Origin: Candidatus Krumholzibacteriia bacterium | GTDB lineage: Bacteria > Krumholzibacteriota > Krumholzibacteriia > JAJRXK01 | DNA: 64,000 nt | Assembly (NCBI GenBank): GCA_041484665.1 | Contig: JBGPIA010000010.1 | Coordinates: 96,001 to 160,000, forward strand | Direction: 5' to 3' | Shown here: one piece after another, positions 47,758-57,618 of the stretch | Layout of the letters: each line of letters opens with the position of its first letter | Numbering within the stretch: position 1 is the first letter of the stretch | Translations under genes and position numbers: made by a program | Notes under the pieces: model-generated | Told to the model about the DNA's origin: nothing | The model's database searches: none | The model's input: the letters and a program-made list of their open reading frames with translations, nothing else

Positions 47758-47808
47758 GCCCACCAACCATCCTCGAGTGTCTGGTGAGCCTGCGGCCGCG
47801 CCGGCCGC

Positions 47809-48444
47809 TCAGCGCCACTGCCCCGGATCGCCCGCCGTCCAGCGCGTCGAGCGCTCCAAGCGGACCTTGCGCCTGCCGAACGCCACGCGCCCCGCCGAGC
47901 GGAAGATCACGACGCACACGAGCGCGAGCACCAACAGGCACACCAGCGGCAGCAGGATCGCCAGCGCCGACGCGGTGCTAGCGCCGACGAGCTCCATCGC
48001 CGCGAATGCCGGGTTGGCCAGCCCCCCGGTCGCGGCCGAGGACTTCAGGCGCATCAGCACCGTTGCACCCTGGACCAGGCCCGCGATCCCTCCGCCAGCG
48101 ATCAGCGCAACGGCCCAGCGCAGCAGCGGCGGGAGGTCCACCATGACCGACGCGCTCACCACGATCCCGGCGAGCACGGCGGTGGGGGTCGCCAGCAGGT
48201 CCAGGAAGTGATCGACCACTGGGACGGAGTAGGCGAGCACCTCGAAGACGGTGGCCGCGGCAAAGGCGATCAGCGCCGGCCAGGTCGCGATCCACGCGAA
48301 GCCCGGCGTGAGGTGCACGTGGCCGCTCAGGCCGGCGATGCTCAGCGCCAGCAGCGGCACGAACACGCGGAAGCCGCACGCGGCCGCGAGGCCGAGGCCG
48401 ATGGCGATGCTGAGTGCGGCGTCGATTGGCTGCATCATCTGCAT
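47809..48444 (-). CDS. DUF4126-type membrane protein
   Basis: GLGLAAACGFRVFVPL, DHFLD, TGGLANP. Confidence 0.85.
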   Translation of the reverse strand: MQMMQPIDAALSIAIGLGLAAACGFRVFVPLLALSIAGLSGHVHLTPGFAWIATWPALIAFAAATVFEVLAYSVPVVDHFLDLLATPTAVLAGIVVSASVMVDLPPLLRWAVALIAGGGIAGLVQGATVLMRLKSSAATGGLANPAFAAMELVGASTASALAILLPLVCLLVLALVCVVIFRSAGRVAFGRRKVRLERSTRWTAGDPGQWR

Positions 48445-48644
48445 CGTGTGCCTCGCGTCCCTCGCATCGCCTGGCTCCACAGCGAAGGTATCTGGCGGGC
48501 GCGGTTTGCACAAGGCGGAGCCGGCTGGGCGAGGCCGGTCACGTTGAGGCGGTCAGGCTGCGCCGGTCAGGCTGGGCCGGTCGCGCCGGGCCGGTCAGTC
48601 GCGGAGCGTCCAACCACGGGAGCAGCCGCGCCCGAGGACCTGCC

Positions 48645-51600
48645 CTATTCGATCACGATCTCGTCGACGAAGATGAACGCGCTATCCCCGTGCCCCGGAT
48701 GCCAGTCTGGGATGCGGCCGTAGTTGCGAGCGAAGACGCGCACGTAGCGGGCCTCGGCGCCCTGCAGCTCGGCGACGATCTCGCGGACCACGACGCCATA
48801 CTCGCGATCGGAGACGCCGCTGGTCAGCCGCGCGACCTCCCGGAAGGCATGCCGGTCCCGCGAGACCGCCACAACGACCTCCGCCGGCATCCAGATCCAC
48901 GAACGCACGTCCTGCAGGAAGCTGGCGCCGACGCGCCGCAGCGGCCGGACGCGGCCGAGATCGACCGTCGCATCGAAGTCGGTGTCCTGATAGCCCTGCC
49001 AGCCGCCCGTGCGCCAGTCGCTGGCGCCATGCAGGCCGTCGATGAGCGCCTGCGGTCCGCCGGCGGTGTATTGGGCGTTGGGCACGCTGAGCACCTCGAT
49101 CGCCCAGTCGTTGGGGATGCGGTGGAAGCGCGACGTGACGACCGGGCTCGTCCGGCTGTCGGATGCAGAGGCTGCCTCGCCGGGCTCGGCGAAGAACGAG
49201 ATCGTAGCGCTGTCGCGCAGCACCAGCGGCTGCCGGAACTGCTCCCACTCGCCCCGCGGTGGCGGGGGCGCCGGCGTGGCCCCGGCTGCCAGCTGAAACC
49301 GGATGCGCGCTGCCGGGTCGGCGCAGCGCAGCTCCACGCGCAAGCTGTCCCGGAAGACGTCCCCTTCCGCCTGAGCCCAGGGTGCCGCAACGATGCGTTC
49401 GCCCTGCAGCGCGGAGTGAGGGCGATCCTGCGGGTCGTGGCCCCACCGCTCATTGGGACGCGGCCCAAGGGTCAGGACCAGCTTTCCGCCGGCCATGATC
49501 TCGTCGTGACGCAAGTAGCAGCGCGTCAGTGTGTGGCCGTTGAGCTGCCCCCCCTGAACGTAGATCGCGCGCCCGGCAGCGCCGCTGGCGCCTGCATCCG
49601 CGGCGCCACTGGCGCGTGCAGGTCCGCGCGTCTCGATCACGAAGCGCCGGCCGCCGTCCAGGTAAAGCGTCACCTTGTCGAACTCCGGAAGGCCCAGTGC
49701 GTACTCCCCCGACCCCGGGCACACGGGGTAGAGCCCCATCGCGCTCAGCACGTACCACGCCGACATCTGACCGCAATCCTCGTTGCCGGCCAGGCCGTCC
49801 GGTGCGTCAGCGTACAACGTGTCCAGGATCTGGCGGACGCGCTCCACGCTCTTCCACGGCATGCCTGCATAGTGATACAGCCACGCCATGTGGTGGCTGG
49901 GCTCGTTGCCATGGGCGTACTGGCCGATCAGCCCCGTGATGTCGGCCTGCTCGCGGCCGGTCGTCTGGCTCTGCGCCGTGAACAGCGCGTCCAGCTTCTC
50001 CACGAATGCCTGCTCACCGCCCATCGCCTCCATCAGCCCCGCAATGTCGTGCGGCACGAAGAAGCCGTACTGCCAGGCGTTGGCCTCGGTGTAGTTGTTG
50101 TCGACGCGGCGCGGATCAAAGGGCTCCGCCCAGCGTCCGTTGTGGCGCGCGCGCATGAAGCTGGTCTGCGGATCGAGCAGATGCCGCCAGGCCTGGCTGC
50201 GCCGCGTGAACTCGGCGGCGACGTCGCCGCGGCCCACCGCGCCCGCCATCTGTGCGATGCACCAATCGTCGTAGGCGTACTCGAGGGTCTTGCTGACCGA
50301 CTCCGCCTCGCGCTCGGAGGGGACGAAGCCCTGCTGCTGGTAGGCGTCCAGGCCCCGCTCCGGCAGCGTCGCGCTGTGGACCATCGCGTCGAGCGCGAGG
50401 CCTGCATCGAATCCCCGGATGCCCTTGAGCCACGCATCGGCAATGACCGACACGGAGTGGTAGCCGATCATGCAGTCGGTCTCGTTGGCCGCTAGCTCCC
50501 ACACCGGCAGCCGTCCACGCTGCTGGTACTGCGCCAGGAACGTCTGGACGATCTCGCTCGTGCGCTGCGGTTCCAGAATCGTCAAGAGCGGGTGCAAGGC
50601 CCGAAACGTATCCCACAGCGAGAACACCGTGTATTGGCGGCGCCCCTGCGCGCTGTGGATGTGCAGGTCCATGCCGCGGTAGCGTCCGTCCACGTCGGAG
50701 AACACGTTGGGCGCCAGCAGGCAGTGGTACAGCGCCGTGGTGAAGATCGTCCGCTGCCGCGACGTGCCACCCTCGATCTCGACCCGCGAGAGTGCCTGGT
50801 CCCAGCGCTGCCGCGCGGCGCGCCGCACCGCTCTGAAATCCCAGCCGGGCAGCTCGGCGTCGAGGTTGCGCCGCGCGCCGTCGATGTCGACAGCCGAAAT
50901 TCCCACTTTGACCAGGATCTCGCCACCGCGGTCGCCGAACGAGAGAACCCCCTTGACGCTCGTGCCGGAGCCCTCGCCCAAGCCCTCGCGAAGCGTATCG
51001 TTGACTGCGACCCGCGCCTGCTGGAACGGCCTCGAGAAGCGCGCTACGAAGTAGACGACCTGGTCGCGCGCCCAGGAGCTGGAACGGCGAAAGCCCTCGA
51101 GCTCGCGATCTCCGACCACGCGCAGCGAGGAGCCGAGCACCGGGTCGCGGTGCGTCAGGTCGACGATCACATGGGCGTCGCGGCCGCGCCGGAATCGGTA
51201 GCGATGCAGGCCGGCGCGCTCGGTGGCCGTCAGCTCGACGCCGATGCCAGAGTCCTCCAGCTCCACGGCATACCAGCCGGGCTCGGCGCGCTCGCTCCGT
51301 TTGGAGAAGCGCGAGCCGTAGCCCCCGCCAGGTGCGCCGCCGGCGCCAGCGGCCAGCCGGGGCGCGCCGGTGACCGGCATGAAGAGGATGTCGCAGTAAT
51401 CGGGAACGCCCGTCCCGCTCAGGTGCGTGTGCGAGAAGCCGTAGATGACATCGTCACTGTAATGGTAGCCGGAGCAGCCGTCCCAGCCTTCCAGGCGCGT
51501 GTCCGGGCTGAGCTGGACCATGCCGAACGGCAGGCTCGCGCCGGGGAACGTATGGCCGTGGCCCCCGGTGCCGATGAACGGGTTTACGGAGCGGGCAGGA

Positions 51601-51758
51601 TCGTCGTTGGCGTACGCCACGGTCGCGCCGGTGAGAGCCGACGTGCCTGCGAGAAGCGCCGTGCCGATGAGAAGCGAGACGCGGGTCAGGTAATGCGGCG
51701 TTACGCTGCCACGCCGCCGCCGTGCACCGCCCTGACGCGCATCAGCGGCGAGCGCCAC
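48645..51758 (-). CDS. GH92 alpha-mannosidase family glycoside hydrolase (start uncertain)
   Basis: VNPFIGTGGHGHTFPGA, SLWDTFR, EANAWQY, HGNEPSHH, GNEDCGQMSAWY. Confidence 0.95.
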   Translation of the reverse strand: MALAADARQGGARRRRGSVTPHYLTRVSLLIGTALLAGTSALTGATVAYANDDPARSVNPFIGTGGHGHTFPGASLPFGMVQLSPDTRLEGWDGCSGYHYSDDVIYGFSHTHLSGTGVPDYCDILFMPVTGAPRLAAGAGGAPGGGYGSRFSKRSERAEPGWYAVELEDSGIGVELTATERAGLHRYRFRRGRDAHVIVDLTHRDPVLGSSLRVVGDRELEGFRRSSSWARDQVVYFVARFSRPFQQARVAVNDTLREGLGEGSGTSVKGVLSFGDRGGEILVKVGISAVDIDGARRNLDAELPGWDFRAVRRAARQRWDQALSRVEIEGGTSRQRTIFTTALYHCLLAPNVFSDVDGRYRGMDLHIHSAQGRRQYTVFSLWDTFRALHPLLTILEPQRTSEIVQTFLAQYQQRGRLPVWELAANETDCMIGYHSVSVIADAWLKGIRGFDAGLALDAMVHSATLPERGLDAYQQQGFVPSEREAESVSKTLEYAYDDWCIAQMAGAVGRGDVAAEFTRRSQAWRHLLDPQTSFMRARHNGRWAEPFDPRRVDNNYTEANAWQYGFFVPHDIAGLMEAMGGEQAFVEKLDALFTAQSQTTGREQADITGLIGQYAHGNEPSHHMAWLYHYAGMPWKSVERVRQILDTLYADAPDGLAGNEDCGQMSAWYVLSAMGLYPVCPGSGEYALGLPEFDKVTLYLDGGRRFVIETRGPARASGAADAGASGAAGRAIYVQGGQLNGHTLTRCYLRHDEIMAGGKLVLTLGPRPNERWGHDPQDRPHSALQGERIVAAPWAQAEGDVFRDSLRVELRCADPAARIRFQLAAGATPAPPPPRGEWEQFRQPLVLRDSATISFFAEPGEAASASDSRTSPVVTSRFHRIPNDWAIEVLSVPNAQYTAGGPQALIDGLHGASDWRTGGWQGYQDTDFDATVDLGRVRPLRRVGASFLQDVRSWIWMPAEVVVAVSRDRHAFREVARLTSGVSDREYGVVVREIVAELQGAEARYVRVFARNYGRIPDWHPGHGDSAFIFVDEIVIE

Positions 51759-52707
51759 GGTCCAGCTCCGCCCACAACAGCGCGGCAGCGCCCAGCACCC
51801 CCGCGTTGTGGTCGTGGAGTTCCGACACGCGTAGCTCGACCTTCCCCCGCCAGAGGGTGTGCAGGCTCGCCTCGAAGTGCTCGCGCAGCGGTCGCATCAA
51901 CACGTCTCCGGCTTGGGCGAGGCCGCCGAAGAGCACGATCGCCTGCGGGCTGGTGATCGCCACCGCGTTGGCCAGCGCCAAGCCGAGGATCCTCGCGGTG
52001 TATTCGAAGGCGTCCAGCGCCAGCGCATCGCCCGCGGCGGCCGCCTGGGCGATGGCCTTTGCCGTGAGTTGGTCGGGCGCCAGGTCCCGCAGAGGGCTGC
52101 GGCGCTCGGCGGGATGAAGCCATTCGCGCACCGTGCGCACCAGCCCGGTGGCCGAGGCGTAGGTTTCCAGGCAACCAAGACGCCCGCAGCCGCACGGCCG
52201 TCCGTCGCGCTCGACGGTCGTGTGCCCCAGCTCGCCCGCGAAGCCGTCGTGCCCGTAGAGCAGCTGCCCCCCGGCCACGAATCCGCTGCCCAACCCGGTG
52301 CCCAACGTCACGACCAGATAATCGGTCAGCCCGCGCGCCGCGCCGAACAGGCCTTCACCGAGCGCGGCCGCCTTGGCGTCGTTGGTGAGCACGGCCGGCA
52401 GCGCGAAGCGCTCGGCGAACATCGCGGCCAGCGGTGTCACGCCGGGCCACGGGAGATTCGGCGGGTACTCGACGGTGCCGCGGTGGTAATTGCCGTTGGG
52501 CGCGCCGATGCCGATCCCCGCCACGCGTGCGTCGCCCAGCTGCGGGAGCACCGCGATGGCGGCCGCGTGCACGCCCGCGGCCAGCTCGCGGGGGCCCGCG
52601 AAGTCCGCCGTGGGCTCTGACCCCGCGTGCACGCAGTTCCCCGACCGGTCGACCAGCCCCCACTTGGTGTTGGTTCCACCCAGGTCCACGCCCAGCGCTA
52701 CGTCCAT
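51742..52707 (-). CDS. ROK family sugar kinase
   Basis: VDLGGT, TLGTGLGSG, GELGH, CGCGRLGCLE. Confidence 0.95.
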   Translation of the reverse strand: MDVALGVDLGGTNTKWGLVDRSGNCVHAGSEPTADFAGPRELAAGVHAAAIAVLPQLGDARVAGIGIGAPNGNYHRGTVEYPPNLPWPGVTPLAAMFAERFALPAVLTNDAKAAALGEGLFGAARGLTDYLVVTLGTGLGSGFVAGGQLLYGHDGFAGELGHTTVERDGRPCGCGRLGCLETYASATGLVRTVREWLHPAERRSPLRDLAPDQLTAKAIAQAAAAGDALALDAFEYTARILGLALANAVAITSPQAIVLFGGLAQAGDVLMRPLREHFEASLHTLWRGKVELRVSELHDHNAGVLGAAALLWAELDRGARR

Positions 52708-54131
52708 GGTGTTCCTCGTGCGTCCGTTCGCAGCGGGCCCGCTGCGGCCTGCGCCACGGCCGGCCGCTGCCGCGACCGCCCCACCTCATGCCCACGCCAG
52801 CCATAGTAGGCGATGTACAGGTACGCCAGCATCGGAACGACGAAGCTGCGGTGCACGCCGAATCGATCGGCGAAGGCGCCTTGCGCCAGCGGGAAGAGCG
52901 CTCCGCCGATGATGGCCATCACCAGCAGCGAGCTGGCCTGGCTCTTGTGCTCACCCAGCCCTTCGATGGCCAGGCTGAAGATGTTCGACCACATGATCGA
53001 GTTGAACAGCCCTGCTGCGATCACGCACCACATGCTGGGCCGGCCGTTGAGAGCCAACGCCAGTCCCAGCAGCCCCACGATCGCCAGCGCGAACACCCAC
53101 GTCGTGCGTCCGGGCAGGAAGCGCCCCAGGCGGAAGGCTCCCAGGTTGACCAAGAGGAAGATCCCGTAGGTCAGCGCGATCCCCGCGCCGCGCAGGTAGA
53201 GGATCACCAGCAGCGCCGCCGCCGGCAGGCCCAACAGCAGCAGCTCCTTGCGCTGCCGCGGCAGCTCGCTGAGCGAGACGGCTCCCATGAAGCGCCCGAT
53301 CATGAGCCCGCCCCAGTAGAACGCCACGTAGGTGCTCGCCTCGTGCTGGCTCATCCCGGCGATCTGCGGCAACCCCAGGAAGCTGATCAGGATGCTGCCG
53401 ACGCTCACCTCCGCGCCCACGTAGGCGAAGATGGCGACGATGCCCAGCACGAGGTGCGGATAGCGCAGCGCGGCCATGCCGCCCTGCACCCGCTCCATGC
53501 TCGCGACGCGGGGCAGGTGCTCGAAGGAGATCAGCACCGCGATCAACAGCAGCACGCCGGCGAAGACCAGATACGGTACCTTGACCGAATCAGCGCCGCC
53601 CGCCGCGCCCGCAAAGTACTTGAAGACCAGGAACCCTCCCAGCAGCGGCCCGATGGTGGTGCCCAGCGAGTTGAAGCCCTGCGAGAGGTTGAGCCGACTG
53701 GGCGCGGTGCTCTCGTCGCCCAGGAGCGTCACGTACGGGTTGGCGGAGATCTGCAGCAGCGTGAAGCCGAGACCCAGGATGAACAGCGCCGACAGGAAGA
53801 ACGGGTAGCTCACGAATTGCGCCGCTGGCCAGAACAACGCCGCACCGGAGGCGGACAACAGCAGGCCCGCCACGATGCCATTCTTGTAGCCCATGCGCTG
53901 GATGGGATCGCCCGACCGCGCCGAGATCGCGAAGTAGATCACCGAGCCGATGAAGTAGGCCCCGAAGAACGCGAACTGCACCAGCATCGCGCGGAAGTAA
54001 TTCAGCGCGAAGACCCCCTTCAGATACGGGATCAGGACGTCATTCATGGAGGTGAGGAAGCCCCACATGAAAAAGAGCACCGTGAGCACGGCGAGGGGGC
54101 GGCGGTAGGACGTGTCGCTGGGGCGGGCCAT
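52698..54131 (-). CDS. sugar MFS transporter (FucP/GluP family)
   Basis: LFFMWGF, LQISANPYV, RLNLSQGFNSLG, YVGAEVS. Confidence 0.93.
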   Translation of the reverse strand: MARPSDTSYRRPLAVLTVLFFMWGFLTSMNDVLIPYLKGVFALNYFRAMLVQFAFFGAYFIGSVIYFAISARSGDPIQRMGYKNGIVAGLLLSASGAALFWPAAQFVSYPFFLSALFILGLGFTLLQISANPYVTLLGDESTAPSRLNLSQGFNSLGTTIGPLLGGFLVFKYFAGAAGGADSVKVPYLVFAGVLLLIAVLISFEHLPRVASMERVQGGMAALRYPHLVLGIVAIFAYVGAEVSVGSILISFLGLPQIAGMSQHEASTYVAFYWGGLMIGRFMGAVSLSELPRQRKELLLLGLPAAALLVILYLRGAGIALTYGIFLLVNLGAFRLGRFLPGRTTWVFALAIVGLLGLALALNGRPSMWCVIAAGLFNSIMWSNIFSLAIEGLGEHKSQASSLLVMAIIGGALFPLAQGAFADRFGVHRSFVVPMLAYLYIAYYGWRGHEVGRSRQRPAVAQAAAGPLRTDARGTPWT

Positions 54132-54272
54132 GACGAGGAAGGCGAGCTTAGGGATGGCCGGGGGCGGCGGTCAAGGACTGCGGCGCGGGCGAACCCAGTT
54201 GCCCACCGTTGCTGAATCCGTCACCATGAGCGGCAGGTGCCGAACTCCCCCTGGCACGAGGAAGGACCTTCG

Positions 54273-54671
54273 ATGGCCGATTCCACGGGGCCTGAGATCG
54301 GAAGCATCGCCTGGACCGACCTGACGGTCGGCCCCGCGGAGGCCGTCCGCGACTTCTACGCCGGGGTCGTCGGCTGGAAGCCCGCTTCCGTGGACATGCA
54401 AGGCTACAACGACTTCGTCATGGCCGCCCCGGAGAGCGGGCGGGCCATCGCCGGCGTCTGCCACGCGCGGGGGTCCAATGACGGGCTCCCGGCGCAGTGG
54501 CTCATCTATATCGTAGTCGCGGACCTCGAGCGCAGCGCCGCACGTTGCGAGGAGCTCGGCGGGAAAGTGCTCGTGAAGCCGAAAGGCATGGGCGGCTACG
54601 GGCGCTACTGCGTGATCGAGGATCCGGCCGGCGCGGTGGCGGCGCTGTTCCAGCCGGTGCGGGGCGCTTGA
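54273..54671 (+). CDS. VOC family protein
   Basis: WTDLTV..DFYAGVVGW, WLIYIVV, DPAGA. Confidence 0.9.
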   Translation: MADSTGPEIGSIAWTDLTVGPAEAVRDFYAGVVGWKPASVDMQGYNDFVMAAPESGRAIAGVCHARGSNDGLPAQWLIYIVVADLERSAARCEELGGKVLVKPKGMGGYGRYCVIEDPAGAVAALFQPVRGA

Positions 54672-54705
54672 CCACGATGGAGGCGGCAGCTACGTTTCGG
54701 GTGCT

Positions 54706-54888
54706 ATGGGCGATCATGCTCCACCGCTGCCGTACGATCCCGTGATCGAGGCGTACAAGAAGGACGTCGACCGCTCCCTCATCCGCGAGAATCTCAAGCT
54801 CACGCCGGAGGAGCGATTGCTGAAGCTGCACCGGCTCCGGCTGCTCGCAGAGGAGCTCCGGCGGGCAGGAGCTCGCAGACCGCAATGA
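54706..54888 (+). CDS. small helical protein, putative antitoxin
   Basis: DVDRSLIRENLKLTPEERL; ATGA overlap with the nucleotidyltransferase gene. Confidence 0.7.
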   Translation: MGDHAPPLPYDPVIEAYKKDVDRSLIRENLKLTPEERLLKLHRLRLLAEELRRAGARRPQ

Positions 54889-55367
54889 CCACCCCGGATT
54901 CGCTTCTGCGCGCGCTGGTCGAGGCAAGGGTCGAGTTCATTCTCGTGGGCGGTGTCGCGGCGACGGTGCATGGCTCCTCGCGGCTCACGGAGGACCTGGA
55001 CATCGTCTACGCGAGGTCTGCGCGGAATATCGAATGCCTGGCGGCCGCCCTCGCGCTCCACCACCCCTACCTCCGCGGTGCTCCTCCCGGACTGCCGTTT
55101 CGCTGGGACGCCGGCACCATCGAGCGCGGGCTGAACTTCACGCTGACCACCAACCTCGGCGACCTCGACCTGCTCGGTGAGATCGCGGGCGGCGGAGGTT
55201 ACGACGCGTTGCTGCGCGATGCGGTGCCGATCGACCTCTTCGGGCTGAGATGTCTCTGCCTTGGCTTGCGGCGGCTCATCGAGGTCAAGCGGGCGGCGGG
55301 CCGGCCGAAGGACCTGGAGGCAGTCGCCGAGTTGGAGGCGATCCTCGAGGAGCGCGATCGCGAGTGA
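54885..55367 (+). CDS. pol-beta-like nucleotidyltransferase
   Basis: VGGVA..HG..RLTEDLD, LDLL, KRAAGRPKD. Confidence 0.85.
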   Translation: MTTPDSLLRALVEARVEFILVGGVAATVHGSSRLTEDLDIVYARSARNIECLAAALALHHPYLRGAPPGLPFRWDAGTIERGLNFTLTTNLGDLDLLGEIAGGGGYDALLRDAVPIDLFGLRCLCLGLRRLIEVKRAAGRPKDLEAVAELEAILEERDRE

Positions 55368-55422
55368 ATCCACAGCCGGGGGCCGCCGCAGCGCGCCGCG
55401 CCGGAAGCCGAGGAGTATGGGG

Positions 55423-55836
55423 TCAGCGCTCGCTCGCCGTCGGACCGGAGCCCTCCGGGATGTAGGCGTCGGCCTCGATTTCCACGAGCATCTGCGGATC
55501 GATCAGGCGGCGCACCTCGACCATGCTGGTGGCCGGCCGGATCTGCCCGAAGAACTCCCCGTGGGCGCGGCCGACCGCCTCCCATTGGGCGATGTCGACG
55601 ACGTACATGCGCGTGCGCACGACGTGGTGCAGGGACGCGCCGGCCCGGGCCAGAGCCGACTCGATGTTGCGCAGAGTTTGCACGGTCTGGGCGTAGGGAT
55701 CACCAATGCCGACCAGCCCCTGCTCGCTGGTCGCCGTCGTGCCCGACACGTGCACAAATGGACCGACACGCACGGCGCGGGAGTAGCCGACGACCGGCTC
55801 CCAGGGCGTCCCGCTGGAGATATTGAGGCGGCCCAT
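55423..55836 (-). CDS. RidA/YjgF family protein
   Basis: [32 protein letters not shown]. Confidence 0.93.
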   Translation of the reverse strand: MGRLNISSGTPWEPVVGYSRAVRVGPFVHVSGTTATSEQGLVGIGDPYAQTVQTLRNIESALARAGASLHHVVRTRMYVVDIAQWEAVGRAHGEFFGQIRPATSMVEVRRLIDPQMLVEIEADAYIPEGSGPTASER

Positions 55837-55978
55837 GGCAGCGCTACTCCGTACCCCCGGGTGATCAGGCGTGTGGCCGCGGGCGGCGCGCAGGGGCGCA
55901 GCGGAATCGGCGCGCCGACCCGGGCAGTATAGCCGGCGCCCGACGCGGGCGTCGAGCGCGCCCGCAGCGGGGTGGTGG

Positions 55979-56121
55979 ATCGATTCTGGCCCGGATTTCA
56001 GCTCCGGCCCGGATTTCATCGCTCGGCAGGGAGCCACACGGCTATGCTGGCGGCGAGCCTCTGCGAATCTGAGCATAATTATGGTCAAATTTGCAGAGGG
56101 TCACGGCAACTGACCCACCAC
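55979..56121 (+). repeat. dispersed intergenic element with central palindrome, copy 2
   Basis: Inverted copy of 1952..2075; palindrome CTCTGCGAATCTGAGCATAATTATGGTCAAATTTGCAGAG at 56059-56098; left end has a duplicated ggcccggatttca. Confidence 0.9.
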
Positions 56122-56198
56122 CCGCGGCACCCCATTCCCCCCGCGCCGCGTGTCGATTACCTTCATCTTATTGCGTGGATCGCCGCGAGACGAACGCC

Positions 56199-57077
56199 TT
56201 GGTTCAAATCGACGATCAACCCCTCACGCGAGCGCGGGAGATCCTGCTGCGCTCCGGGCACCGCGTGCGCCAGATCCAGCCCGCGGGCAGCGGGAGCCTG
56301 CACCATCTGCTCATCGTGGAGTTGGAGGACGGCGGCCTGCAGCTCATGCGCCTGGCCCGATCGCAGGATCTCGAGCACACGCGGGTCTCCCTGCGCGCGG
56401 AGGCCGAAGCCGCGCGCCGCGCCCACGGGATCGTCCCCGTCGCCTACCCGATGCTGCTGGTACCCGACGAGCTACGCCCTGAGGCGAGCCTCTCGCCGAT
56501 TCTGCCCGGCGTGCGCGCCATCGATCTGCGGGCGAAGGCGCCCTACGATCCGGGGATCGGCCTGCTCTGCCAAATGCTCGGCCGCACACTGGCCACGCTC
56601 CACACCATCCGCCGTCCGCTGGGCGAGCCCAGCTACATTGGTGGCTCCGGGCGGCCGCTCGACGAGCGCGGGGACCGATTGCTCCACGGCGATGCCCATC
56701 TGGGCAACCTGATGGTCGAGGTGATCCCCAGGAAGGGCTTCCACGTCAGCGGACTGATCGATTGGAGCTTCTGCCACTGGGGCCCGCCGGAAGCGGACCT
56801 GGTCGAGATGGCGATCTGCGAGGCCGAGCCACGCCCGCGCCTGGGGCAGCTGTTTCTGAAGGCGTACGTGGACAATGGCGGCGAGAAGCCCCGGCGCGAG
56901 GTGTTCCACGAGGCCCTTGCGCAGGAGCTCGAGCGGCGCTTGCACTCCCACGCGCAGGCGTACGACCCGGTGGCGCGTGACGTGTGGACGCGCTGGTCCC
57001 GGGCGCTGCAGCCGCGCAACGTCGACCCGCTGCGGATATTCGCTCCAGGGAGGCTGCCGGGACGCGACCTGGTGTGA
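56199..57077 (+). CDS. aminoglycoside phosphotransferase/choline kinase-like protein (start uncertain)
   Basis: LATLH, LHGDAHLGN, LIDW, GPPEADL. Confidence 0.85.
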   Translation: MVQIDDQPLTRAREILLRSGHRVRQIQPAGSGSLHHLLIVELEDGGLQLMRLARSQDLEHTRVSLRAEAEAARRAHGIVPVAYPMLLVPDELRPEASLSPILPGVRAIDLRAKAPYDPGIGLLCQMLGRTLATLHTIRRPLGEPSYIGGSGRPLDERGDRLLHGDAHLGNLMVEVIPRKGFHVSGLIDWSFCHWGPPEADLVEMAICEAEPRPRLGQLFLKAYVDNGGEKPRREVFHEALAQELERRLHSHAQAYDPVARDVWTRWSRALQPRNVDPLRIFAPGRLPGRDLV

Positions 57078-57198
57078 CCGCCTGCCTCACACGCGCGGCC
57101 TGCCCGTGCAGTCCACACGCTAGGCTCACACGCGCGGCGCGTCCGGCGCGGCGCGGCCGTCACAGCGCGCCCGCTCGGATCGCCCTGCGCCCCTCGCG

Positions 57199-57549
57199 CT
57201 AGCCGCCCTTCACGACCAGCTTGCGCACGGTTACCGGCAGCGTGGCGGATGTGCAGAATACCGCGCCCGGGAACTTCTCGCGCGCGGCCTGCACCTTCTC
57301 TTCAGTGCCGTCCACGAACACGAGCGGGACCTCCCGCATGTCCTTCCGTTCGCGGGTCCACTGCGCGAAGGCGCGCCCGTGCGACGGCAGCCGCGCCAGC
57401 GACACGATGAAGACGTCCGGAGGCGCCGTGATCTTCGGTGGAACGTCGGTGCTGGAGTGGCAGGACACCACGTGTCCCACGGCGCGTAGGGGCTCGACGC
57501 GCTCGAGCACCTCGTCCTTGTTCCAGTGCAAGTAGAAGAGCCTCGCCAT
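57199..57549 (-). CDS. receiver-fold-like hypothetical protein
   Basis: PPDVFIVSLARLPSHG and VPLVFV resemble the receiver beta3/beta4 pattern, with Ser at the Asp position. Confidence 0.6.
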   Translation of the reverse strand: MARLFYLHWNKDEVLERVEPLRAVGHVVSCHSSTDVPPKITAPPDVFIVSLARLPSHGRAFAQWTRERKDMREVPLVFVDGTEEKVQAAREKFPGAVFCTSATLPVTVRKLVVKGG

Positions 57550-57618
57550 CGTGGGACCTCCCGCCGGGGCTCCCGCGCCGGCCCGGCCAGCCCGCGCCCG
57601 CCCGTTTCGCCCGCCGGC

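Noticed and set aside
48520..48600. Degenerate gccggtca repeats (similarly tcacacgcgcggc at ~57085-57140)
   Set aside because: Short low-complexity GC repeats with no regular structure
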